From positions 78,376 through 142,375 of the forward strand of contig CAZSVP010000002.1 of assembly GCA_964610335.1 (NCBI GenBank): DNA of 64,000 bases, given 5' to 3'. The notes beneath the pieces were generated by a model. That model did no database searches and was not told where the DNA came from. It saw only the letters and a list, made by a program, of their open reading frames with translations. Position numbers and translations under genes: made by a program. The DNA comes from an uncultured Candidatus Saccharibacteria bacterium (lineage in GTDB: Bacteria; Patescibacteriota; Saccharimonadia; CAILAD01; BJGX01). Of the stretch, positions 1 to 9,576 are shown piece after piece (the first letter of the stretch is position 1; each line of letters starts with the position of its first letter).

Positions 1-144
1 AAAGCCTAGTTTTACTCCACCGCCAGTGCGTGAGTTTTGGCCCTTAGTACCACGACCGGCAGTTTTACCACCACCAGCAGATATACCACGCCCTACTCGC
101 TTCTTGGTAGCTCGCGATTGCTGAGTTAGTTCATGCATCTTCAT
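1..144 (-). CDS. rplO: 50S ribosomal protein uL15, N-terminal part (runs off window)
   Basis: Manual translation from ATG at 144: [42 protein letters not shown] (L15 signature); ATGA overlap with rpsE stop. Confidence 0.95.
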   Translation of the reverse strand, partial: MKMHELTQQSRATKKRVGRGISAGGGKTAGRGTKGQNSRTGGGVKLGF

Positions 145-629
145 TTGGCAGTCTCCTTGGTAGCTTTTGCTGGCTCATCTGACTGCAAACTTTGCAAAGC
201 GGCAATAGTAGCATAGGCATTGTTGATCTTATTGGAAGAGCCTAGTGATTTGGCTAGAAGATCTTTGATACCTGCAGCTTCTATTACAGCACGTACTGCT
301 CCACCAGCAATCACACCTGTACCTTCACTAGCTGGTTTAAGCATTACCTTGGCACCGCCAAAGCTTACTTGCACATCGTGTGCGATTGTAGTGCCTTTGA
401 GTTGCACAGTAATCATAGACTTTTTGGCGCGAGCTACGGCCTTAACAATTGACCCAGGAGCATCGGTGCCTTTGCCAACACCAACTCCTACGCGCCCTTT
501 ACCATCTCCTACAACAGCTGTTGCGCGAAAACGGAAGCGGCGACCACCAGCTACTACTCGAGCAACTCGGTCTAGAGCGAGGATTTTCTCTTCAAATTCT
601 TTTGGTTCTTGTGATTGTTGGTAATTCAT
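141..629 (-). CDS. rpsE: 30S ribosomal protein uS5
   Basis: [27 protein letters not shown] motifs; spc operon position. Confidence 0.98.
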   Translation of the reverse strand: MNYQQSQEPKEFEEKILALDRVARVVAGGRRFRFRATAVVGDGKGRVGVGVGKGTDAPGSIVKAVARAKKSMITVQLKGTTIAHDVQVSFGGAKVMLKPASEGTGVIAGGAVRAVIEAAGIKDLLAKSLGSSNKINNAYATIAALQSLQSDEPAKATKETAK

Positions 630-642
630 AACACTTCCTTTA

Positions 643-999
643 CTAAAACTTCAGTCCGGCTTTTCGTGCAGCTTCACCCAAAGCCTTAACTCGGCCATGA
701 TAACGGTGCAGCCCTCGATCAAACACTACTGTCGTGATTTTTTCTTTCGCGGCTTTTTCGGCAATTGTAGTACCTACCCAGGCGGCCTTCTCAGTCAATG
801 TCTTGCCGGCTTTATCACCTGCCTGGCTGCTCGATGACATAGCCAATGTTTTGCCGGCCTGATCATCGATCAGTTGGGCTACTACTGCAGTATGAGAAAT
901 ATATACGTGCAAGCGTGGCCGTTGTGAGGTTCCACTAAGTTTGGCACGGATGCGAGTGCGGATTTGTTGACGTTGATGGTTTTTAACTGCTTGATTCAT
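643..999 (-). CDS. rplR: 50S ribosomal protein uL18
   Basis: RPRL..., VVFDRG..RYHGRVKAL..AARKAGLKF. Confidence 0.97.
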   Translation of the reverse strand: MNQAVKNHQRQQIRTRIRAKLSGTSQRPRLHVYISHTAVVAQLIDDQAGKTLAMSSSSQAGDKAGKTLTEKAAWVGTTIAEKAAKEKITTVVFDRGLHRYHGRVKALGEAARKAGLKF

Positions 1000-1010
1000 A
1001 GTATTGCTCC

Positions 1011-1556
1011 TTACTCGGCCGCCTTAGCAGCAGTCTTACCGGCCTTACGACGTACGACTTCGTCGATATAGCGTATACCCTTACCCTTATATGGTTCTGG
1101 TTTACGAAACTCACGGATATTGGCTGCGACTTCACCTACCAACTGCTTATCTGCCCCGCTGATAGTAATAATGTTCTGTTCTGCTTTTAGCTCAATTCCT
1201 TCTGGGGGTGTGAAGTTGATGGGGTGAGAGTAGCCGAGGCTGAGCTCCAAATCCTTGCCCTTCAAAGCGACACGATAGCCCACACCTTGGATTTCTAGCT
1301 GTTTGCTAAATCCTTCACTGACACCTTGTACTAGGTTGTACACCAATGTACGCATCAGGCCAAACTGTTGCTGCGCCAAACGAGTTTCAGCTTTTTTGAT
1401 TACTGTCGCTTGGTTGTCGGCAATTTGCAGCTCAAACCCAGGCAACAATCGTTCTGTCAGTTCTCCCTTGGGACCTTTGGCAGTTATTGTAGTTGCCTCT
1501 TGGGTTAACTCAACTTGCGCCGGGATAGTAATTGGTAATTTTCCAATACGACTCAT
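1011..1556 (-). CDS. rplF: 50S ribosomal protein uL6
   Basis: MSRIGKLPI, RKPEPYKGKGIRY. Confidence 0.98.
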   Translation of the reverse strand: MSRIGKLPITIPAQVELTQEATTITAKGPKGELTERLLPGFELQIADNQATVIKKAETRLAQQQFGLMRTLVYNLVQGVSEGFSKQLEIQGVGYRVALKGKDLELSLGYSHPINFTPPEGIELKAEQNIITISGADKQLVGEVAANIREFRKPEPYKGKGIRYIDEVVRRKAGKTAAKAAE

Positions 1557-1563
1557 AATCTAC

Positions 1564-1959
1564 CTACCAGACCTTACAAATTAATTCACCACCCAAGCGC
1601 TTCTGACGAGCATCACTACCTGTCATAAGACCGGCTGAAGTAGACACTATCACCATACCTCGGCCATTGAGCACTTGAGGAATGTCGCCTACCTTAGCGT
1701 ACATGCGTCGACCTGGTTTACTGACACGCATTAGCTTGGTGATAGCTCGTTTACGATTAGGGCCTTCGAGTTGTAGCAAAAGCTGAGGCACTGGACCATC
1801 GGTTTGTAGCTCGTAGCTATCGATATATCCTTGAGCCTTCAAAATATCAGCAATTGATTGCTTAAGTTTGGACTGCGGTAGCTGAACCGTACTTCGTCGG
1901 CTCATCTGCGCATTTCGAATGCGTGTTAACATGTCTGCAATTGGATCGGTTGTTATCAT
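1564..1959 (-). CDS. rpsH: 30S ribosomal protein uS8
   Basis: DPIADMLTRIRNA, SKPGRRMY, GGELICKVW. Confidence 0.98.
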   Translation of the reverse strand: MITTDPIADMLTRIRNAQMSRRSTVQLPQSKLKQSIADILKAQGYIDSYELQTDGPVPQLLLQLEGPNRKRAITKLMRVSKPGRRMYAKVGDIPQVLNGRGMVIVSTSAGLMTGSDARQKRLGGELICKVW

Positions 1960-1970
1960 AATCTTTTTTC

Positions 1971-2240
1971 CTACCAGCTCGATTTGGTTATTCCAGGGAT
2001 CTTGCCATTACTAGCTTGCTCACGAAAGGTAATGCGGCTCAGGCCAAAACTACGCAGATAACCCTTGGACCGTCCAGTGATAGCACAACGATTGTGCTGA
2101 CGAACTGGGTTGGCATTGCGTGGCAACTGTGCCAAGCCTTCCAGGTCTCCGGCTGCCTTGAGCTCAGCATGCAGCTTGGCATACTTATTCGCTAGCTTCT
2201 GTCGTTTTAGCTCTCGTTGAACTAGTGCTTTTCGTGCCAT
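1971..2240 (-). CDS. rpsN: 30S ribosomal protein uS14 (89-aa, non-zinc-ribbon type)
   Basis: [25 protein letters not shown]...IPGITKSSW; only one Cys. Confidence 0.96.
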   Translation of the reverse strand: MARKALVQRELKRQKLANKYAKLHAELKAAGDLEGLAQLPRNANPVRQHNRCAITGRSKGYLRSFGLSRITFREQASNGKIPGITKSSW

Positions 2241-2241
2241 G

Positions 2242-2790
2242 TTAGTTGGCCTCCTTTGCCAATGGTACGCCGAGTCCTAGCAGCAATGCCCGTGCTGCTG
2301 TAACATCGTTCGTACTGGTTACCAATGTTATCTGTAAGCCATGTACATGACCACTATCTTCGTAGCTTATTTCTGGAAATACTGAATGATCAGCTATACC
2401 AATACTATAGTTACCGCTCTTATCAAAGCTTCGGGGGTTAAGACCACGAAAATCTCGCAGACGTGGCAACACCACTGAGTTGAGCTGATCCAAAAACGCA
2501 TACATGCGCTCGCCGCGCAATGTTACCATGACACCAATTGGCATTTTCTCGCGCAACTTGAAAGTAGCAATGCTCTTCTTAGACTGGGTTACTACTGGCT
2601 TCTGGCCAGTTATGTTGGTGATAGTTGCAACTACTGGATCGATGTTCTTGCTATCCATAACTGCTCGCCCCACACCAGCATTTACCACAATCTTTTCAAG
2701 ACGAGGTAGCTGCAAGATATTGGTGACTCCAAGCTCCTTGCTTAAGTCTGGACGAATTGTATCTATATACTTTTGTTGCAAACGATTCAT
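2242..2790 (-). CDS. rplE: 50S ribosomal protein uL5
   Basis: [26 protein letters not shown]. Confidence 0.98.
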   Translation of the reverse strand: MNRLQQKYIDTIRPDLSKELGVTNILQLPRLEKIVVNAGVGRAVMDSKNIDPVVATITNITGQKPVVTQSKKSIATFKLREKMPIGVMVTLRGERMYAFLDQLNSVVLPRLRDFRGLNPRSFDKSGNYSIGIADHSVFPEISYEDSGHVHGLQITLVTSTNDVTAARALLLGLGVPLAKEAN

Positions 2791-3149
2791 GATTTGGCTT
2801 CCTTAGTTTTCTTGGTCGATTTGGCAGTAGCCTTAGTCTTAGGGTTAGTAAAACTACTTACTCGGAAAATGCGTTCTTTTTTGCCTGAGCTATTGATCTT
2901 GTATCCGACTCGAGCAGGCTTACCAGTCTTAGGGTCAAGTACCATAACCTTACTAGCATCAATTGGTCGGACTTGCTCAATAATGCCGCCCTTAGGGTCA
3001 GCTGCAGATGGTTTGGTGTGGCGCTTAACAATATTTACGCCTTCTACCACAATCTGGTCTTTCTTAGGCAAAACTGCTAGCACAGTGCCTTTGGTTCCCT
3101 TATTGCGGCCAGCTATTACCATCACCTTATCTTCACGTAGGATCTTCAT
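2787..3149 (-). CDS. rplX: 50S ribosomal protein uL24
   Basis: KOW motif DKVMVIAGRNKG, VEGVNIVKRH; basic C-terminal tail. Confidence 0.96.
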   Translation of the reverse strand: MKILREDKVMVIAGRNKGTKGTVLAVLPKKDQIVVEGVNIVKRHTKPSAADPKGGIIEQVRPIDASKVMVLDPKTGKPARVGYKINSSGKKERIFRVSSFTNPKTKATAKSTKKTKEAKS

Positions 3150-3150
3150 C

Positions 3151-3519
3151 TTATAGTACCTCCGGCGCTAGTGACACAATCTTAGAGAATCCACGCTCAC
3201 GCAGTTCACGTGCAATTGGTCCAAATATGCGAGTACCACGTGGTAAATCGGCCTTGTCGACTATAACTGCAGCGTTCTCGTCAAAGCTGATGGCTGAGCC
3301 ATCACCACGTCGGCTAATAGCCACGCTACGCACTATGACTGCTCGCACAACTTCCTTCTTCTTGACAGTACCATTGGGGCTAGCGACTCGTACACTAGCT
3401 GTAATAATGTCACCGACTCGAGCATAGCGACGCTTACTACCACCTAGCACTTTGATGCAAAGCAGCTGTTTGGCGCCGGTGTTATCGGCAACTTTCAGCA
3501 ATGTTTGCGACTGTATCAT
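3151..3519 (-). CDS. rplN: 50S ribosomal protein uL14
   Basis: [30 protein letters not shown]. Confidence 0.98.
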   Translation of the reverse strand: MIQSQTLLKVADNTGAKQLLCIKVLGGSKRRYARVGDIITASVRVASPNGTVKKKEVVRAVIVRSVAISRRGDGSAISFDENAAVIVDKADLPRGTRIFGPIARELRERGFSKIVSLAPEVL

Positions 3520-3767
3520 TTGACCACCTCATCAGAAGTAATAACTCGGCTAACAGCAAACTTCTTGGTCTTGCTGATAGGGCGAGTTTCGACAATTTCG
3601 ACCTTGTCGCCTGTCTTACAAGCAACTTCACTGCAGTCAGCGGCAAAGCGTTTGGTTACACTATAACGCTTGTTGTAGAGCGGATGTCGTTTGTCACGAG
3701 CCACAGCCACGATTACTGTCTTATCCATTTTGTCGGAAACAACTGTTCCGGTTAGCATACGATTCAT
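3516..3767 (-). CDS. rpsQ: 30S ribosomal protein uS17
   Basis: [24 protein letters not shown]. Confidence 0.97.
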   Translation of the reverse strand: MNRMLTGTVVSDKMDKTVIVAVARDKRHPLYNKRYSVTKRFAADCSEVACKTGDKVEIVETRPISKTKKFAVSRVITSDEVVK

Positions 3768-3964
3768 GAGTTTTCTCCTTGTGCTTTTTGTTTCTGCACA
3801 GTCAAAATTCTAGCAATGTCGCGCTTGAGTCCACGAATGGCTCGCACGTTCTTAACCTCTTTGCTGTGCAATTGCACGACACTATCGGCCAATTCAGCTC
3901 GCTTTTCTTCGAGTAGTTTTACCATAGCACTATCAGTCTGGTTACGTAGTTCACTCGCTTTCAT
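3764..3964 (-). CDS. rpmC: 50S ribosomal protein uL29
   Basis: MKASELR...[10 protein letters not shown]; between rplP and rpsQ; start taken at MKAS. Confidence 0.93.
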   Translation of the reverse strand: MKASELRNQTDSAMVKLLEEKRAELADSVVQLHSKEVKNVRAIRGLKRDIARILTVQKQKAQGENS

Positions 3965-4385
3965 GGCTATCTCCTTGGGCATTCTTGCTTAGAAACTTAG
4001 TTTTAACCGACAACTTGTGGGCGGCCAAACGCATAGCTTCTTTGGCGATATCTTCACTTACTCCATCCATCTCAAATAGGATTGTGCCTGGCTTGACCTT
4101 GGCTGCATAGTGGTCGACAGCACCCTTACCAGATCCCATAGGAACTTCGGCCGGCTTACGTGTTACTGGGGTGTGAGGAAAAATTCGAATCCATATCTTA
4201 CCACCGCGTTGAATATAGCGGGTCATGGCACGGCGAGCAGCCTCGATTTGTCGTGAGCTTATATGGCCAATCTCCATACTCTTAAGACCGTAGCTACCAA
4301 AATCTATATTGACACCATTGGCGGCGATCCCATTGACACGACCTTTGAAGGCCTTACGATATTTGGTTTTACGTGGCATCAACAT
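3951..4385 (-). CDS. rplP: 50S ribosomal protein uL16
   Basis: [26 protein letters not shown]. Confidence 0.98.
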   Translation of the reverse strand: MLMPRKTKYRKAFKGRVNGIAANGVNIDFGSYGLKSMEIGHISSRQIEAARRAMTRYIQRGGKIWIRIFPHTPVTRKPAEVPMGSGKGAVDHYAAKVKPGTILFEMDGVSEDIAKEAMRLAAHKLSVKTKFLSKNAQGDSHESE

Positions 4386-4386
4386 A

Positions 4387-5013
4387 TTATTTCTCCGATC
4401 CCTTGTAAATCCACACTTTTACACCAATGATACCGAAGGTGGTTTTGGCCTGGACACTAGCGTAGTCAATGTTGGCCTTGATGGTGTGAAGTGGAATACT
4501 ACCTTGCATGTTGGTCTCACGACGAGCCATTTCAGCGCCATTAAGGCGGCCAGAAACACTTACCTTTGCACCTAGAGCACCTGATTTGATAGCATTTTCA
4601 ACAGCGTTCTTAATAACACGGCGAAATGCCATACGTCGCTCAAGCTGTGAGGCTACATTCTCGGCTACCAGCTGAGCTACTAGCTCTGGCGATCGAACTT
4701 CCTCGATATTGATGGTAACTTTCTGAGCAGTCAGGTGGCCTAGCTTTTGTTTAAGCGCGTCAATACCCGAACCACTGCGACCGATCACAACACCTGGTTT
4801 GGCAGTGTGGATGATTACTACTATCTCACCACGTGGTCGTTCAATCTCAACTCTTGAGATACCACCACGGAAACCAAGCAAGTCAGTAACTGCTTTGCGG
4901 ATCTTAATATCTTCAATCGTGTAGCGCGCAAAATCACGGGGTGCGATCCAGCGAGACTGCCAGTTACGCTGAGTGCTCAAGCGCAAACTAATTGGATTTA
5001 CTTTTTGTCCCAT
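4387..5013 (-). CDS. rpsC: 30S ribosomal protein uS3
   Basis: [27 protein letters not shown]. Confidence 0.98.
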   Translation of the reverse strand: MGQKVNPISLRLSTQRNWQSRWIAPRDFARYTIEDIKIRKAVTDLLGFRGGISRVEIERPRGEIVVIIHTAKPGVVIGRSGSGIDALKQKLGHLTAQKVTINIEEVRSPELVAQLVAENVASQLERRMAFRRVIKNAVENAIKSGALGAKVSVSGRLNGAEMARRETNMQGSIPLHTIKANIDYASVQAKTTFGIIGVKVWIYKGSEK

Positions 5014-5363
5014 TAGCGTACCCCTTCCTTAGTTTGATCATTTAATACCACTGTCAAATGTGCCATTGGGTGGATTACTTGTGAAGCACGGCCACGAGCA
5101 CGTGGACGGAATCGCTTGTAATGTGTACCTTGGTCAACACGAATCTCATCGATTGTTAGGCTAGCGCGAGTAAGATTGTAGTTGTGCTCGGCACTCGCCA
5201 TGGCAGAGTGGACAGTATCATAAACCATACGCGCACCTTTGTGCGGCATAACTACCAATTCCTCGAGCGCGCGGTTGGCTTGCTTACCACGCACCACATC
5301 GGCTACTAGACGTAGTTTCTGGGCAGAAATTTTGAGCTCTCGGCTCACGGCTTGAACTTTCAT
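5013..5363 (-). CDS. rplV: 50S ribosomal protein uL22
   Basis: [22 protein letters not shown]. Confidence 0.97.
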   Translation of the reverse strand: MKVQAVSRELKISAQKLRLVADVVRGKQANRALEELVVMPHKGARMVYDTVHSAMASAEHNYNLTRASLTIDEIRVDQGTHYKRFRPRARGRASQVIHPMAHLTVVLNDQTKEGVR

Positions 5364-5366
5364 GGG

Positions 5367-5648
5367 TTACTCCGATGACTCCGCTTTAGCTAACTTACCA
5401 CCATGGCCACGGAACTTACGAGTTGGAGAAAACTCACCCAACTTGTGACCTACCATATTTTCAGATATAAATACTGGAACATGAACTTTGCCATTGTGTA
5501 CAGCAATAGTACGGCCAACCATTTCAGGGCTAATGGTACTAGCACGTGCCCAGGTCTTGATAATAGTCTTGTCGGTTGGCTGCAAGGCCAAAACCTTCTT
5601 TAGCAACTTGGCATCTACATATGGGCCTTTTCGAGTGGAACGACTCAT
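5367..5648 (-). CDS. rpsS: 30S ribosomal protein uS19
   Basis: [25 protein letters not shown]. Confidence 0.98.
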   Translation of the reverse strand: MSRSTRKGPYVDAKLLKKVLALQPTDKTIIKTWARASTISPEMVGRTIAVHNGKVHVPVFISENMVGHKLGEFSPTRKFRGHGGKLAKAESSE

Positions 5649-6475
5649 CGTTTACCTCGCTTTCTGCCACGCACTATCATGGCATTGCTATATTTACGTC
5701 GGCGGGTCTTGCGGCCTAAGGCTGGTAATCCCCATGGTGTTTTAGGATTCTTCAATCCAATCGAAGTACCACCTTCACCACCGCCATGTGGATGATCCAC
5801 TGGATTCATAGCCTTACCACGAACGGTTGGGCGAATACCCATGCGTCGTTTACGTCCTGCAGATCCGATCTTGATGTTACCATGGTCTGAATTACCAACT
5901 TGACCGATGGTGGCCATACAGTTTTCGTTAACCAAGCGTACTTCAGATGATGGCAACTTGACCTGAACAAACTTACCTTCCTTGGCAACTACCTGAGCAC
6001 GTGCTCCAGCAGTACGAGCCATCTGAGCACCTCGGCCTGGTTGCAACTCAACATTGGATATTACACTACCTGCGGGGATGGCATGTAGTGGCATACGATT
6101 GCCACTTTTTACTTCTACATCACTACCAGATGCGATAGTACGGCCAACTTTCATGCCTTGAGTGGCTATAACATAGCCCTTCTCACCTGTTTCGGATTGC
6201 AACAGAGCAAGGTAGGCACTGCGGTTTGGATCATACTCTATAGCTTTGACTTCGGCTTTCTCAAAGCTACCTAGGCTATCAACCATGCGAATTGCTCGGC
6301 GAGCACCACCGCCACGATGACGAATAGTGATGCGACCCTGATTATTGCGACCAGATTGTTGTTTTTTGGCAACTAACAAACTCTTCTCTGGCTTTTTCTT
6401 TGTAAGCACAGAGAAGTCAGCCATACTCATGTTACGAGCGGCTGCAGTATTTTGCTTAATAAGTCGCACAGCCAT
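5645..6475 (-). CDS. rplB: 50S ribosomal protein uL2
   Basis: [22 protein letters not shown]. Confidence 0.99.
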   Translation of the reverse strand: MAVRLIKQNTAAARNMSMADFSVLTKKKPEKSLLVAKKQQSGRNNQGRITIRHRGGGARRAIRMVDSLGSFEKAEVKAIEYDPNRSAYLALLQSETGEKGYVIATQGMKVGRTIASGSDVEVKSGNRMPLHAIPAGSVISNVELQPGRGAQMARTAGARAQVVAKEGKFVQVKLPSSEVRLVNENCMATIGQVGNSDHGNIKIGSAGRKRRMGIRPTVRGKAMNPVDHPHGGGEGGTSIGLKNPKTPWGLPALGRKTRRRKYSNAMIVRGRKRGKR

Positions 6476-6762
6476 TATTTCTGCTCCTCAATAGTAAAGG
6501 CATCGATTTTTTGGCCTTTTTTTAGGGTGACATAAGCTCGTTTTTGGTCTACTCGTTTACCGATACGACCGTTGAACCGCTTAGTTTTGCCGCCCAGATT
6601 GCTAACTCGAACACCGATTGGCTCTACCTTGAACTGAGCCGATATAGCGGCAACGATGGCAGGCTTATTGGCACTGGTTGGCACACCAAACATGTAGGTG
6701 CCAGTTGCTGCCAAGCGCATGCTCTTCTCAGATATAATTGGTTTGACTATTAATGATTGCAT
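6475..6762 (-). CDS. rplW: 50S ribosomal protein uL23
   Basis: KPIISEKS...KRAYVTLKKG; start moved to ATG 6762. Confidence 0.95.
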   Translation of the reverse strand: MQSLIVKPIISEKSMRLAATGTYMFGVPTSANKPAIVAAISAQFKVEPIGVRVSNLGGKTKRFNGRIGKRVDQKRAYVTLKKGQKIDAFTIEEQK

Positions 6763-6763
6763 T

Positions 6764-7384
6764 TTAGGCTCCCAACCTTTTTGTAAGCAGCTCAACTGCT
6801 GGCTTCTCGATTAGAATCACGTCGGAATTCATAACATCGTAAACATTGAGTTTGGCAGCTGTAACCACCATTACACCACTAAGATTGCGCAAAGCACGTT
6901 GAGTAGGTGCCTTGGTCTCAGCCAACACTACCAATACATTGCCTTCGACACCAATCTTGTTGAGCAGTTCATCGGCTGATTTAGTCTTACCATCAGCAAT
7001 CATGATAGCTTCAACCACTACGACTTGCTCGGCTTGAGTACTTAGTGCACTCTTGAGAGCAGTATGTGCCATTTTGGTTGGCATGTCCTTGCTATAGTTC
7101 TGAGCACCAGTTGGGCCATGTGCTACACCACCGTGTCGCCAGATTGGCACGCGGCTCGAACCAAATCGTGCTCGTCCTGTTCCTTTTTGACGCCATGGTT
7201 TTTTACCACCACCTGATACTTCGGCTCGAGTAAGTACGCTGGCATGGGCTTGGCGTTGGTTGCCTAGATACATAGTATAAGCCTGACCGATCAGATCAGC
7301 GTTGGTGTCTACACCAAATATCTGCTTATCAAGAGTTACCTCAGCAGCCTTAGTGCCAGTCTTAGTGTAAGCTGCTACTTTCAT
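6764..7384 (-). CDS. rplD: 50S ribosomal protein uL4
   Basis: TRAEVSGGGKKPWRQKGTGRAR. Confidence 0.98.
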   Translation of the reverse strand: MKVAAYTKTGTKAAEVTLDKQIFGVDTNADLIGQAYTMYLGNQRQAHASVLTRAEVSGGGKKPWRQKGTGRARFGSSRVPIWRHGGVAHGPTGAQNYSKDMPTKMAHTALKSALSTQAEQVVVVEAIMIADGKTKSADELLNKIGVEGNVLVVLAETKAPTQRALRNLSGVMVVTAAKLNVYDVMNSDVILIEKPAVELLTKRLGA

Positions 7385-8031
7385 GACTGTGCTCCTCGTA
7401 CTAGTACAACAGTGCCCTTGGCACCTGGTACTGAACCTGCGATTGCTAGCAAGTGACTGCCAGCATCTACCTTCAATACTTTTTGATTCTTGATGGTCAC
7501 TTGGGCATTACCCATACGACCGGCCATCTTCTGGCCACGAAATACGTGTTGTGGATAACCAGCACCAATTGATCCTGGAGCGCGATAGTTGTGACTACCA
7601 TGAGTCTTAGGGCCGCGATGGAAGTTATGTCGCTTGATTGTGCCCGCAAAGCCCTTTCCTTTGGAAACCGCAGTAACTTGGACTGCTTCTCCGGTTTCAA
7701 AAAGATCTGCTTGGAGCACATCACCGACTTTGATGGCTGCTTCTTGAGCAACTTCGGCGTCGGCTTGGTCAGCTGATTTGGCCTCCGGCAAACGGATCTC
7801 CGCTAAGTGAGCACTTTTGGCTTTGGCAGCCTTAAGGTGACCTAGAATGCTCTTACCTGGATGTTTGGCTTCGCCAAAGCCGAGTTGAACTGCATTGTAG
7901 CCATCAGTTTCGTCGGTCTTCAGCTGAGTAACCACACATGGGCCAGCTTCGAGTACAGTAACAGCACTGACTTTTCCGTCAGTGTCGATAAGCTGAGTCA
8001 TTCCGATTTTTTTGGCCAACAATGCTTTCAT
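7381..8031 (-). CDS. rplC: 50S ribosomal protein uL3
   Basis: KIGMTQ, SKGKGFAGTIKRH, GQKMAGRMG; Ala/acidic insertion AKSADQADAEVAQEAA. Confidence 0.98.
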   Translation of the reverse strand: MKALLAKKIGMTQLIDTDGKVSAVTVLEAGPCVVTQLKTDETDGYNAVQLGFGEAKHPGKSILGHLKAAKAKSAHLAEIRLPEAKSADQADAEVAQEAAIKVGDVLQADLFETGEAVQVTAVSKGKGFAGTIKRHNFHRGPKTHGSHNYRAPGSIGAGYPQHVFRGQKMAGRMGNAQVTIKNQKVLKVDAGSHLLAIAGSVPGAKGTVVLVRGAQS

Positions 8032-8125
8032 GTATATCCCTATAAAACAATAATCCTGGCAAACCTAGTGCCGGTTTCCGGGTGAGTCGGACCTGGCGGT
8101 TTCCCAGTTGTCTGTATCGCAAACT

Positions 8126-8155
8126 AGTGTATCAGATTACCCGATCTGGTGTCAA
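8126..8155 (-). promoter_or_regulatory. sigma70-type promoter of the rplC-rplO block
   Basis: Minus strand TTGACA-N18-TACACT, ~95 nt upstream of rplC. Confidence 0.7.
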
Positions 8156-8166
8156 GTACATTTTTG

Positions 8167-8418
8167 CTAGAAGCTAAGACTTATACCTAAGCCGTACAGT
8201 CCTAGTAAGGCGCCCACTACCAACAAACCAAATTCTACCCTACGATCTATCCTCAACGACTCTACAAAGTGTACAATTACGAAACCGATTATTAGACCAA
8301 TTGGGATGAGCCTATGACCACCTGGAGCCAGCCATACCGAGCCCAATATCAGGTAAAATGCAGACTTCCAAATAAATGCAAAATCAGATTGAGTAAGAAA
8401 GCGTAAGAGTTTCTTCAT
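8167..8418 (-). CDS. small membrane protein, hypothetical
   Basis: 83-aa ORF with ~3 hydrophobic segments; TGnTAAACT 7 nt before ATG. Confidence 0.75.
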   Translation of the reverse strand: MKKLLRFLTQSDFAFIWKSAFYLILGSVWLAPGGHRLIPIGLIIGFVIVHFVESLRIDRRVEFGLLVVGALLGLYGLGISLSF

Positions 8419-8448
8419 TGAACTTAGTTTAGCACTACGACTGCTAAA

Positions 8449-8491
8449 CCAAAAGGCCAGGTTCGCTAAAGCGATTGCCTGGCCTTTTTGG
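8449..8491 (-). terminator. intrinsic terminator hairpin after the DUF4870-like gene
   Basis: CCAAAAGGCCAGG...CCTGGCCTTTTTGG inverted repeat with A/T tracts on both sides. Confidence 0.7.
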
Positions 8492-8505
8492 AAAAGTAGT
8501 GAATA

Positions 8506-8874
8506 CTACTTCATCAAGTGAATGCCACCGATCAATGGCAATGGTGCCATCTTGTGGTTGGTGACGTTGACAATACCTAGAATTGCCAAGACCAAGAATC
8601 CGATCCAGATAACCCAAGATATCAAGAATAGTGGCCAGAAGATAAAAGCCGCAATCCAGAACACGGCATACACTACTACTTCAGCCACAAACAGGGTAAG
8701 ACCTTGTTTGGCGTGATACTGTGCAAATTCAGAATCTTTGGCTGCTAGCAATGGGATCAAGCACAAGATTCCAAGGTAAGCCAATACCCCCATCAACATA
8801 TCGTTGTCATTACCGCCTTTGTGTGCTGGAGCTGGCGCTGCTGCTGGCTGGTTTTCTTTCTTTGGTTCTTCCAT
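8506..8874 (-). CDS. DUF4870/MamF-like membrane protein
   Basis: GVLAYLGILCLIPLL...FAQYHAKQGL...GIVNV...PLPLIG pattern; AGGAG SD. Confidence 0.8.
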   Translation of the reverse strand: MEEPKKENQPAAAPAPAHKGGNDNDMLMGVLAYLGILCLIPLLAAKDSEFAQYHAKQGLTLFVAEVVVYAVFWIAAFIFWPLFLISWVIWIGFLVLAILGIVNVTNHKMAPLPLIGGIHLMK

Positions 8875-9006
8875 GATTATCTCCTTTTTTTGATAAAGCT
8901 AATGTTGTTTTGCTTGAGATCAATTGTAGTATGGTTTGAGCTGTAATGCAAAACCAGTAAGTATCTTGCCAAAATAATTGCTGAGCCGGTTTCTGCCATA
9001 CACGGA

Positions 9007-9516
9007 CTACTCCGAGTACGGCAGAAACCTGTGCTCGACCGGTTCGCCTTCGCCACCGAACAAGAACTCGCCAACTAGTCTCTCATCGGCCAGAAGGCGC
9101 GGCATCCACAAGCGGTCAAATGGCCACATGTCATCGAGTGGCAGATCATCAATACGAAAGGTCTCGGGCCGCATCTCATCTGTCTCTTGTGGCACACCCG
9201 ACCAATTGTCGCAGAGAATCACTTGAGCTTGTTGATTCCAACCCTCAGTAATCGGGATATCACGAAAGTAGAAGTTGAGATAGGCCACCCGCCGCATGGT
9301 GTTGAGCCGGACCGTGGACTCTTCTTCTGTCTCACGATACGCACACTTCCAAACCGACTCACCTTCTTTCGTCTTGCCGCCAAACCCGTTCCATTTGCCG
9401 ACACCAAAGCCCTGCTTCTTCATACCGAGTACTACCTCGCCGCCGCGTCGCAGCAACACAATCGTTACCACTCGCAATGGGCGTGGAACTGTGGCTTTGA
9501 ACTGCTCAAGATTCAT
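9007..9516 (-). CDS. NUDIX hydrolase, MTH1/8-oxo-dGTPase-like
   Basis: GFGVGKWNGFGGK + Nudix box GESVWKCAYRETEEES, ETDEMRP..F, MWPFD..W; SD AAGGAGGTG before ATG 9516. Confidence 0.85.
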   Translation of the reverse strand: MNLEQFKATVPRPLRVVTIVLLRRGGEVVLGMKKQGFGVGKWNGFGGKTKEGESVWKCAYRETEEESTVRLNTMRRVAYLNFYFRDIPITEGWNQQAQVILCDNWSGVPQETDEMRPETFRIDDLPLDDMWPFDRLWMPRLLADERLVGEFLFGGEGEPVEHRFLPYSE

Positions 9517-9576
9517 GCTCACCTCCTTTTAGTCGAGCTAGATTGAATTATGCGCTTCACCCCATACACAATCAAG

